DNA from: Minisyncoccia bacterium
GTDB taxonomy: Bacteria > Patescibacteriota > Minisyncoccia > Phycocordibacterales > UBA918
Length of the DNA: 61,915 nt
Assembly: GCA_041742075.1 (NCBI GenBank)
Contig: JBGSJJ010000011.1
Span: forward strand, 1 to 61,915
Direction of reading: 5' to 3'
The notes beneath the pieces were generated by a model. The model was not told the origin of the DNA. It did not search any database and saw only the letters and a list, made by a program, of their open reading frames with translations. A program made the translations under genes and the position numbers. This document shows, one piece after another, positions 36,474 through 43,617 of this stretch (position 1 is its first letter; each line of letters begins with the position of its first letter).

Positions 36474-36836
36474 ATGTCTGACCGTCAATTAAAAGTCCAG
36501 CAGGAACTTCAATCGCATATCGCGACCTTTATTCAACATGAGGCCAACACCAATCCCCTCATTACCGTGACTCATGTCGACATCTCACCGGAGTTTAAAA
36601 ACGCAACCGTGTATTTCACGACTATTCCAGCCGAAAAAGAAAATGACGCCCTCATCTTTCTCAAGCGTGAAGGAACAGCGCTTCGTACCTACGTAAAAAA
36701 CCACATGCGTATAAAACAAATCCCCCACTTCTCTTTTTCTGTAGACTATGGTGAACGTCACCGTCAACACATCGACGAGCTTGTACGTGAGACCGGCACC
36801 CCAGCCAGCGAGTATTTCGCTGAACCTGAAAAATAG
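36474..36836 (+). CDS. rbfA: ribosome-binding factor A
   Basis: Directly follows infB. VTHVDISPEFKNATVYF pattern. Confidence 0.8.
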   Translation: MSDRQLKVQQELQSHIATFIQHEANTNPLITVTHVDISPEFKNATVYFTTIPAEKENDALIFLKREGTALRTYVKNHMRIKQIPHFSFSVDYGERHRQHIDELVRETGTPASEYFAEPEK

Positions 36837-36902
36837 CTCAATCGGGCTTCGATTCCCTTTGACCAAAATAAAAGGCCTGACATAAAGTCTGGCCAATCAT
36901 TT

Positions 36903-36989
36903 TGGTGCCGGGAGCGGGAATCGAACCCGCACGGCCGTGAGGCCACAAAATTTTAAGTCTTGCGTGGCTACCAATTACACCATCCCGGC
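36903..36989 (-). tRNA. tRNA-Leu (anticodon TAA), class II, CCA encoded
   Basis: The minus strand reads GCCGGGA...CAAGA-CTTAAAA-TTTTG...GCGGG-TTCGATT-CCCGC-TCCCGGC-A-CCA. Confidence 0.9.
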
Positions 36990-37062
36990 AACGTCGCAAA
37001 TAATAGCACAAATGCTTGGTAATGTAAGGCGAAAATGATACAGTATTAAGCGCCTATTTAAT

Positions 37063-37134
37063 GGCCGGGTGGCGAAGTGGTAACGCAGCGGTTTGCAAAA
37101 CCGACATGCGCGGGTTCAATTCCCGCCCCGGCCT
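37063..37134 (+). tRNA. tRNA-Cys (anticodon GCA)
   Basis: Acceptor GGCCGGG/CCCGGCC, loop TTGCAAA, T-arm GCGGG-TTCAATT-CCCGC. Confidence 0.9.
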
Positions 37135-37154
37135 CAGCAACGAAGTTGATGAAT

Positions 37155-37254
37155 GGCGGGAATTGAAGACCTTGCGAGACAAGTTTGACTGAAAGGAAAA
37201 CATGTCCACAAGGTGTACTGAAACTGTAAGTTTCAATTCCCGCCCCGGCCTCAG
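37155..37254 (+). repeat. tRNA-tail mimic element, type 1 (Cys copy; minimal, no intervening terminator)
   Basis: GGCGGGAATTGAA (exact antisense of TTCAATTCCCGCC), P2 ACCTTG...CAAGGT, GTGTACTGA, hairpin GAAAC-TGTAA-GTTTC, then TTCAATTCCCGCCCCGGCCTCAG. The last segment is 23 nt identical to 37115-37137. Confidence 0.85.
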
Positions 37255-37325
37255 GGATTGATGTTTACGACAGTGCAATTTTAAACTTGTATTTTAGCGC
37301 ATATCTTGTACACTTTGCGCTACAT

Positions 37326-37398
37326 CCACCCTTAGCTCAGATGGTAGAGCAGCTCCCTCTTAAGGAGACGGTCCAAGGTTCGATCCCTTGAGGGTGGA
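37326..37398 (+). tRNA. tRNA-Lys (anticodon CTT)
   Basis: Acceptor CCACCCT/AGGGTGG, D-arm GCTC/GAGC, loop CTCTTAA, T-arm CAAGG-TTCGATC-CCTTG. The terminator TTAACCCTGGAC-ataa-GTCCAGGGTTAA follows. Confidence 0.85.
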
Positions 37399-37529
37399 CA
37401 TCGGTATACTAAAATTAACCCTGGACATAAGTCCAGGGTTAATTTAAATGACGACAAATAAGCCTGGGTTTCAACTAATGAAAATAATATTGAACTGTGA
37501 TACACTCTTTCGGCACACACATTTTAATT

Positions 37530-37611
37530 GCGCGGGTGGTGAAATTGGTATACACGTTAGTCTTAGGAACTAATGGGGCAACCCGTGGAGGTTCAAGTCC
37601 TCTCCCGCGCA
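37530..37611 (+). tRNA. tRNA-Leu (anticodon TAG), class II
   Basis: Acceptor GCGCGGG/CCCGCGC, stem TTAGT/ACTAA, loop CTTAGGA, T-arm GGAGG-TTCAAGT-CCTCT. Confidence 0.9.
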
Positions 37612-37650
37612 CAAAGTAAAAGCTAGGCCTTGTGTCTAGCTTTTTGCTTT

Positions 37651-37852
37651 GTGCGTGAGCTTGCGTGGGGTGGACTTGAAAACCTTGTGTGACAGATTCG
37701 ACCAGAGGAGAATATGTCCACAAGGTGTACTGAACCTGTAAGGTTCAAGTCCTCTTCTTACAGAAGCTGTATACCTTATCAGTATTCCTCGCTTCGCTCA
37801 GAATACTAGATAAGGTCTTGCAAAGTGCTCCCAGCACTTTTCACCCGCGCAC
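37651..37852 (+). repeat. tRNA-tail mimic element, type 1 (Leu-TAG copy 1), with its tail split by a nested type 2 module
   Basis: GTGCG-TGAGCTTGCG-TGGGGTGGACTTGAA, P2 ACCTTGTG...CACAAGGT, GTACTGA, hairpin GAACC-TGTAA-GGTTC, CAAGTCCTCT, then an 88-nt insert, then CCCGCGCAC. Confidence 0.85.
37756..37843 (+). repeat. type 2 module nested between the T-stem copy and the acceptor copy of the duplicated Leu-TAG tail
   Basis: TCTTACAGAAGCTGTAT, P2 ACCTTATCAGTATT...AATACTAGATAAGGT, CTTGCAA, hairpin AGTGCT-ccc-AGCACT, TTTCA. Same 88-nt length and same first 22 nt as 45644-45731. Confidence 0.8.
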
Positions 37853-37880
37853 AAAATAAAACGCCTTCGGGCGTTTTATT

Positions 37881-38025
37881 GTGCGCGGAGCAAACGATAG
37901 TTTGCGGAGAGGACTTGAAAAGATGGAGTATATCGCACGGAGTGAAATAGTCTGGGAGACTATTTCATCGAGTACGATACGACATCTGTACCGCTCCTGT
38001 AAGGAGAAAGATTCCTCTCCCACAC
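37881..38025 (+). repeat. tRNA-tail mimic element, type 1 (Leu-TAG copy 2, divergent core, degenerate tail)
   Basis: GTGCGCGG, hairpin GCAAAC-gata-GTTTGC, GGAGAGGACTTGAAAA (exact antisense of the tRNA 3' end), P2 GATG...CATC, TGTACCG, hairpin CTCC-TGTAA-GGAG, then ATTCCTCTCCCACAC. Confidence 0.7.
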
Positions 38026-38060
38026 AAAATTAAAAGCCAGGCTTTGTGTCTTTTAATTTT

Positions 38061-38078
38061 GTGCGTGAGCTTGCGTGG
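38061..38078 (+). repeat. Truncated 5' piece of another Leu-TAG element (GTGCGTGAGCTTGCGTGG)
   Basis: Identical to 37651-37668. It is cut off by the 3' end of trhO. Confidence 0.6.
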
Positions 38079-38085
38079 TGATGAT

Positions 38086-39117
38086 TTATGAGCTCTTCAA
38101 GCGATGTTTCTTAAACTGAGCTGGGCGGAAATACTGATTATAGGTACGGGCATACCATTTCTTAAACCGTGCTGGCAAAAAGTCTGAAAGTAGACACCAA
38201 TACGAACAATACCCCTGCTTCTGTCTAATACACGAATCACACCCGAGGAACAAGACATGACAGACTTTGTTTTTGCAGTGGTAATGCGTGTCACTTTTTG
38301 CCGTATGGCAGAGGTGGCAGTTTGAAATAATTTCCTCACCAATTCGTTCTCCAAGCCGTTCGTCAAACACAAAGTTCTTCCCTAGAAATTTATTTGGAAG
38401 CCCCTCACGCTCCACCTGATGCTTGTAGTCGATAATTCCTCCTCGCAAATGGCGAACATCAGTATAGCCATTATGCTTAAGCCATGCGCTCGCCTTTTCA
38501 CAGCGAATACCACCAGTGCAATACAGCGCTATTTTTTTATTTTTATGAACGCGAAGTAGTTCAGGTGCCACCATGAGTTCTTCCCGAAACGTATCAACTT
38601 GAGGCAGGATAGCGCCATCAAAATGTCCAATTTCACTTTCATAGGCGTTGCGCATATCAACCACAATCGCATCCGGATCGGCTATGTACTCATTCATCTC
38701 ACGAGCCGTAAGATATGCTCCAGTGTTAGTCACGTCAAACGAAGCATCGTCAAGCCCGTCAGCCACAATCTTATCCTTCACCTTTACCGTGAGCTTATAG
38801 AACGAACTACTATCCCCTTCTTCAACCGCGATTTTATACGGAATACCCTGAAACTCTGGGATGTTTTTTATGAACGCATCAAACTGATCAAACAGATAGG
38901 CCGGCACATTCATTTGGGCATTGATACCTTCACAAGCAACATAGATACGCCCCAAACAACCAAGCGCATGCAGGCGTTCAAATAGTCTGTCCCGCATCGC
39001 TTCTGGGTCAGCAATCTCAACATATTTATAAAACGACAAGGTACGCCGTGGAATACCGTCACTCTGTACTGACTGACGTTTTTCGTCTCGCGGGCGCATG
39101 TCCTTTACTATAGCCAT
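38086..39117 (-). CDS. trhO: rhodanese-domain tRNA uridine(34) hydroxylase (UPF0176/YceA family)
   Basis: SFYKYVEIADPEAMRD...GRIYVACEGINAQ, rhodanese active-site loop YCTGGIRCEKA, C-terminal Cys cluster. Confidence 0.85.
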   Translation of the reverse strand: MAIVKDMRPRDEKRQSVQSDGIPRRTLSFYKYVEIADPEAMRDRLFERLHALGCLGRIYVACEGINAQMNVPAYLFDQFDAFIKNIPEFQGIPYKIAVEEGDSSSFYKLTVKVKDKIVADGLDDASFDVTNTGAYLTAREMNEYIADPDAIVVDMRNAYESEIGHFDGAILPQVDTFREELMVAPELLRVHKNKKIALYCTGGIRCEKASAWLKHNGYTDVRHLRGGIIDYKHQVEREGLPNKFLGKNFVFDERLGERIGEEIISNCHLCHTAKSDTHYHCKNKVCHVLFLGCDSCIRQKQGYCSYWCLLSDFLPARFKKWYARTYNQYFRPAQFKKHRLKSS

Positions 39118-39236
39118 ATTTCGTGGTGGGTATGATACCGCAGGGCCGGTTGCTACGCAACCGGCCCTGCGTACCTAAGTATCTAAAAATCCTTTATTTA
39201 AAGCCTCAAATATAGCCTAAAACACGCGTTCCTCTA

Positions 39237-39265
39237 TTGACTTATAAGGTGTTTTATGCTATTAT
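39237..39265 (+). promoter_or_regulatory. consensus-like sigma70 promoter (TTGACT, 17-nt spacer, TATTAT)
   Basis: TTGACT 39237-39242, TATTAT 39260-39265. It lies upstream of the GC-rich two-gene island. Confidence 0.6.
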
Positions 39266-39345
39266 AGTAATTGGAATGGGCGACTCATCGCTCAATAGTT
39301 TGCGGAAGCCTTCGTGGCTCCGCCCTGACAACAAAAGGACAACAC

Positions 39346-40137
39346 ATGGCCAAGTTTAATCTCGGCAACATGCTCGACATCATGAGCGTGTTTCACATGC
39401 TGGCTGACGGGCTGAAAGCCCTCCAAGGCAACGAACCTGCTTCTGAGGCAAAGCCGACCATCAAGGCGCTCTATGGCATCTTTGGCAAGGGCGACGAGCA
39501 AGCAGTGATGCAAATCCTGCTTGCCATGCCTTTGGCAAGTCAAGAACGCTTCGTCGACTTCTGTGGGTGGTTGTTTACACCCGCCCCTGGCGACGCAATA
39601 GAGTGGATTGAATCGCTCTTCTACCGGAACAGCTTCTTCACCTTCATTGCCCGAAAACACCAACTCGGGGAATCGGTCAAGATCGGTGACGACGTCACCG
39701 TGAGCGACCTCGAAGTACCGAATCTCAAGATAAAGAATACCAGAAACGTCGGTGTCTTCTCTCATCCCGAATCGGACGGCAAGAAGCTCGCTGACAACAT
39801 CTTGGCTCGCCTCCAGGCGAGCCTCGACAAGCATGGTGGAGACAAGGAACCGGCGTATAGGGAAGTGTATGCGTACCTGAAGACATCACCTGTTCCCTGC
39901 AGTAAGGTCGGCGAAACCGACTGGACACAGTGGATGGAAGACACCTACGGCTGGAGCAAAGCTCAAGCCGAAGCCTTCCGGGCCTTAGCCATCCCCTTCT
40001 ACCACGCCAAAGTAAACCCAAAACTCGAGCAGATGCAAACCTCGATTGCCGGTTTCGCCCAGGCCCGTCGCGAACGCGACAAGAAGGTGGGCGGGCTTCG
40101 TGCCTTCATCCGAAATATCAGCCGTCTCGGCGTCTAG
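39346..40137 (+). CDS. hypothetical protein (263 aa from MAKFNLGNML), GC-rich island gene 1
   Basis: Intact ORF. Long antisense ORFs across it are typical of high GC content. No recognisable motif. Confidence 0.55.
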   Translation: MAKFNLGNMLDIMSVFHMLADGLKALQGNEPASEAKPTIKALYGIFGKGDEQAVMQILLAMPLASQERFVDFCGWLFTPAPGDAIEWIESLFYRNSFFTFIARKHQLGESVKIGDDVTVSDLEVPNLKIKNTRNVGVFSHPESDGKKLADNILARLQASLDKHGGDKEPAYREVYAYLKTSPVPCSKVGETDWTQWMEDTYGWSKAQAEAFRALAIPFYHAKVNPKLEQMQTSIAGFAQARRERDKKVGGLRAFIRNISRLGV

Positions 40138-40156
40138 TCAAAGAAAGGGCTAAAAG

Positions 40157-41041
40157 ATGCTCAGCATCAAACAGACCGGAGTCGACGCGGTTTCCATCGT
40201 CGACAGCATCACTGAGGAAATCCACCAAAGGCTGGTCATCCTGATTCTCCAGATCGGCGGTTTGTTCCTGGGGATCTGGGGACTGAACGCTGTCGGCATG
40301 ATGCGTCTGAACTGGTTTTTCTTCTTCGCTATCTTAATTCTCTACCTAACGGCACTCTCTTCTCCGCGGAAACTCTTCGCGGTGATGGGTGTCGGGGTGG
40401 CGCTGCAAGGTGTGAGCCTGAGTGTGAAGGACATTCTTTCCGGCGCGGCAACGGGCCTGAAAGTGTACTACAGCATCATCTTGCATGTCCTCCTCTACCT
40501 CCTCACGATCACGGCGTTCTTCGCATCGTGGTCGTTTGAGAACAATCCGACCGCGGTATTCCCGTTCGTCGCTGGAGGAGTCATTATCTTCCTCGCTGCT
40601 GGCCGCATGAACGGTTCAGGACAGCTTGGAACGATGATTGCGCTCGCCCTTGGTGTCGTTATTGTCGGAAGCTCCCTCTGGTCGACCTGGTCAGACGCCG
40701 GCGCCAGTCAGCGTCAGTCGGTCAGTCAGTCTGAGGGTCCGGTCAGCTACGCCGAACCGCCCATGTTGCTCGAGGTCTGCACGGAGGGTAAAACGCCAGC
40801 GACGGGAAGAATCAGCGTCTTCAAGCCGCTCAAGCCTCCCTTCCCGGGGTCCTGGGTGCTCACCAACAACAACAACGTTGGCGACGTCAAAATCTGGGTT
40901 GAGGTGGCAAAGGATCAATTCGTCCTCCAGACCGAGCGTGACATTGCGGTCAGCTACGACTCCGTGTATGCGTGCGCAGAGAGCGTGAAGGCACGGTACA
41001 CCGGCTTCGTCTGGACGCCGGCTCGGACCATCACGAATTGA
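40157..41041 (+). CDS. polytopic membrane protein with a soluble C-terminal domain (hypothetical), GC-rich island gene 2
   Basis: About 6 TM helices. The terminator AAGCCCGAC...GTCGGGCTTTTT at 41107-41145 follows. Confidence 0.55.
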   Translation: MLSIKQTGVDAVSIVDSITEEIHQRLVILILQIGGLFLGIWGLNAVGMMRLNWFFFFAILILYLTALSSPRKLFAVMGVGVALQGVSLSVKDILSGAATGLKVYYSIILHVLLYLLTITAFFASWSFENNPTAVFPFVAGGVIIFLAAGRMNGSGQLGTMIALALGVVIVGSSLWSTWSDAGASQRQSVSQSEGPVSYAEPPMLLEVCTEGKTPATGRISVFKPLKPPFPGSWVLTNNNNVGDVKIWVEVAKDQFVLQTERDIAVSYDSVYACAESVKARYTGFVWTPARTITN

Positions 41042-41156
41042 CCGCGGACCATGTTCCTACAACCAACGTTGGCAGACACAGAAGCTGCCAACCAATCCAA
41101 CAACTCAAGCCCGACCTCATGCTATGCATGAGTGTCGGGCTTTTTATATTAAAAGA

Positions 41157-41504
41157 CTATACGGTTACGGTAAGACCAAACGTGCCAGCGGCAATACGCA
41201 GAATGGCGATAGCGGAAAGCATAATCACCATACCAATCACACCATAAAGCATATGGCGTTGCCCTTGTGAGCGGTCACTATAGCTACTGGCACCTTTAAT
41301 GTATTCAAACACGCCAAACATAAACACCGCAAAAGCGATTCCGAGCATTAGGGTAATCAGTGGGAAAACCAAGTTTGCTTCAAGACGCCCAACAAACTCT
41401 TGGGAAGCAGCGCGCGCTCTATCTTCGGCACTTTCAGCCAGCAAAAGAGAAGGGTACAAGAAGATTGTGAGCAAAAGTAATCGTAGGTGTTTCATAAATA
41501 TCAT
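41157..41504 (-). CDS. pilin-like small membrane protein (signal peptide and two TM helices; VirB2/TrbC-like architecture), divergent member
   Basis: Same architecture as the five paralogs downstream of it: signal peptide, TM, charged loop (KGASSYSDRSQGQRH), TM. Confidence 0.55.
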   Translation of the reverse strand: MIFMKHLRLLLLTIFLYPSLLLAESAEDRARAASQEFVGRLEANLVFPLITLMLGIAFAVFMFGVFEYIKGASSYSDRSQGQRHMLYGVIGMVIMLSAIAILRIAAGTFGLTVTV

Positions 41505-41561
41505 TAGCTAGTCCTTTAATTGTACTACACAGGAGATTTATAGTGACTCTTGTACACAAGT

Positions 41562-41921
41562 TTAGAAACCGGTAGTAGGGCCTTCTCCAAGGGAAGATAC
41601 AAATGAATCCAATATAAAATTAACAACACCCCAGATGGCTACTATGAGGACCAAACCAAGTACCCCCCACACCATAAGCGCCTTACCACTCTCCCGTGCC
41701 TCTTGATTGTCTGCGCCCGCAATAAAGTACCGAAAAATACCATAACAAAACACAAACACAGCCAGAGCAAATACGAGTGGTAGCAGGGTACTAGAAATAA
41801 AATCAGTAGCGCTCAAAAAAACCCGATTCAAACCTCCGAGATTATTAGCAGTTTGAGCAAAAGCGAGACTTGGAACAAGCAACGTAACTGTACCAAAAAG
41901 ACTACGTGGGATATGCTTCAT
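41562..41921 (-). CDS. pilin-like small membrane protein (paralog)
   Basis: AFAQTANNLGGLN...LLPLVFALAVFVFCYGIFRYFIAGADNQEARESGKALMVWGVLGLVLIVAIWGVVNFI. Confidence 0.65.
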   Translation of the reverse strand: MKHIPRSLFGTVTLLVPSLAFAQTANNLGGLNRVFLSATDFISSTLLPLVFALAVFVFCYGIFRYFIAGADNQEARESGKALMVWGVLGLVLIVAIWGVVNFILDSFVSSLGEGPTTGF

Positions 41922-42057
41922 ATATTATACCTACATTAAAGCATAGTCTAAGCAGACTGTAACAAACAATCTGAACACAACTTAAAACTCTTCTGCGAAA
42001 GCAGAAGAGTTTTAAGTAACAATTTTAGCCGGAAGGCGAAAGAGTTATAGTTTATAA

Positions 42058-42447
42058 CTATGCACCTGGAACAGTTGGAAGGTTTACACCTTGCCCATCG
42101 AGAGCAGTACCGCCTGTTGCGCCACTTAAGATATCGATCACGAGGTTTACAATACCCCATACCGCTACAATGAGTACTAGACCGAGGATACCCCAGATCA
42201 TGAGACTCTTGCCACTCTCTCGAGCTGCTTCGTCTCCACCACCAAGGATGAAGTACTTGAAGATACCGTATACGAATACGAGTAGAGCGAGTGCAAAAAC
42301 AAGTGGTAGAAGTGTGCTTGAAACAAAGTCTGTAATCGCAAGGAAAAAGTTGTTAAGACCACCAAGATCATCTGCTGTTTGGGCAAACGCAAATACTGGG
42401 AATAAGAAGACTGCTACAGGTGCTAAATAAGAAAATGATTTTTTCAT
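42058..42447 (-). CDS. pilin-like small membrane protein (paralog)
   Basis: AFAQTADDLGGLN...LLPLVFALALLVFVYGIFKYFILGGGDEAARESGKSLMIWGILGLVLIVAVWGIVNLVI. Confidence 0.65.
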   Translation of the reverse strand: MKKSFSYLAPVAVFLFPVFAFAQTADDLGGLNNFFLAITDFVSSTLLPLVFALALLVFVYGIFKYFILGGGDEAARESGKSLMIWGILGLVLIVAVWGIVNLVIDILSGATGGTALDGQGVNLPTVPGA

Positions 42448-42575
42448 AAACTAAATAAATATTAATAATTCCGACTTACTGGTAATGATAGCACCAAATT
42501 TTACGTAAACAAAGGCTCATTACACTGACTGTGTATAAGCTGTAATGGAGATTACAGGGAAAAGTGGGCTTGAAA

Positions 42576-42965
42576 CTAGACTGGCATCGCAGGCACATTT
42601 ACCGTGTTGTCAAACGGAGTAGCGCCGGTAGAGCTGTCAAGAACACTGATCACGAGGTTTACAATCCCCCATACTGCCACTATAAGTACCAAACCAAGGA
42701 TACCCCAGATCATGAGACTCTTGCCACTCTCTCGATCATCTTCGTTGGCGCCACCAAGGATAAAGTACTTGAAAATGCCGTAGACAAAGGCTACGAGAGC
42801 AATCGCAAACAGAAATGGCAATATGGTACTACCAAGAAAAGCGGTGATATTAAGGAAAAACGTGTTGAGTCCACCAAAAGCGGCAGCATCGCCTTGAGCA
42901 GCAAACACCATAAGGGGTGAAAGAATTGAAGCAATAACAGCTAAATGTAAAAATGTTTTTTTCAT
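42576..42965 (-). CDS. pilin-like small membrane protein (paralog)
   Basis: Start set at MKKTFLHLAVIAS. Contains ...ILPFLFAIALVAFVYGIFKYFILGGANEDDRESGKSLMIWGILGLVLIVAVWGIVNLVI. Confidence 0.65.
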   Translation of the reverse strand: MKKTFLHLAVIASILSPLMVFAAQGDAAAFGGLNTFFLNITAFLGSTILPFLFAIALVAFVYGIFKYFILGGANEDDRESGKSLMIWGILGLVLIVAVWGIVNLVISVLDSSTGATPFDNTVNVPAMPV

Positions 42966-42991
42966 ATAAGTATAATTATGGTAATCGTTGC

Positions 42992-43246
42992 CTAGTAAAA
43001 GAGACTCGACCGCAAGAGTTGCACCAGTCCCCAAAAGCCAAACATAACCACAAGACCAATAATAGTCGCTAAGAGCACCTGCTTCCCTTCTGAGACTTTT
43101 TTCTCGTCTCCACCATGGATAATCCAGATATTGATGATTTGCCATACTGCAAAAGCAAACGTAACGGCAAAGATAAGATACACGAGTGAATTCATTATCT
43201 CTAAGAAACGAGCGACGAGTCCAGCAAAGGTAGTTGGGGTTGGCAT
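42992..43246 (-). CDS. pilin-like two-TM protein without an obvious signal peptide
   Basis: LVYLIFAVTFAFAVWQIINIWIIHGGDEKKVSEGKQVLLATIIGLVVMFGFWGLVQLL. Confidence 0.55.
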   Translation of the reverse strand: MPTPTTFAGLVARFLEIMNSLVYLIFAVTFAFAVWQIINIWIIHGGDEKKVSEGKQVLLATIIGLVVMFGFWGLVQLLRSSLFY

Positions 43247-43254
43247 ATACGTAC

Positions 43255-43611
43255 TTAGCCTGTCATGGCGGTTATAAGGTTACTCACGATAGTAATTATA
43301 CCGTAGGCACCAAGTATGAGTAATCCCCCGATGATGGCGTAGAGCAAGGCTCTGTTAGCCTGGGTGATAGTCTGTTCATTACCGCGAGCCGTTACGTACA
43401 AAAAGCCAGCGTAAATAATGAAAAAAACAATAATCGGTGTTGCAAAGACGATGACGATCGCAATAAGCGCCATGAAGAAGTCTTGAATGTTGGTGGCGAT
43501 AAGCGGACTCTCTATCTGCACGGCGTAGACATGAGACGCTAGCGTAAGAGCTGTTAAAAGAATGCTAAGTTTTGTATACAGCCTCACAAAATTGTTTTTA
43601 AGCAGTAGCAT
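43255..43611 (-). CDS. pilin-like small membrane protein (divergent paralog)
   Basis: Signal peptide, then IVFATPIIVFFIIYAGFLYVTARGNEQTITQANRALLYAIIGGLLILGAYGIITIV. Confidence 0.55.
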   Translation of the reverse strand: MLLLKNNFVRLYTKLSILLTALTLASHVYAVQIESPLIATNIQDFFMALIAIVIVFATPIIVFFIIYAGFLYVTARGNEQTITQANRALLYAIIGGLLILGAYGIITIVSNLITAMTG

Positions 43612-43617
43612 ATAATT

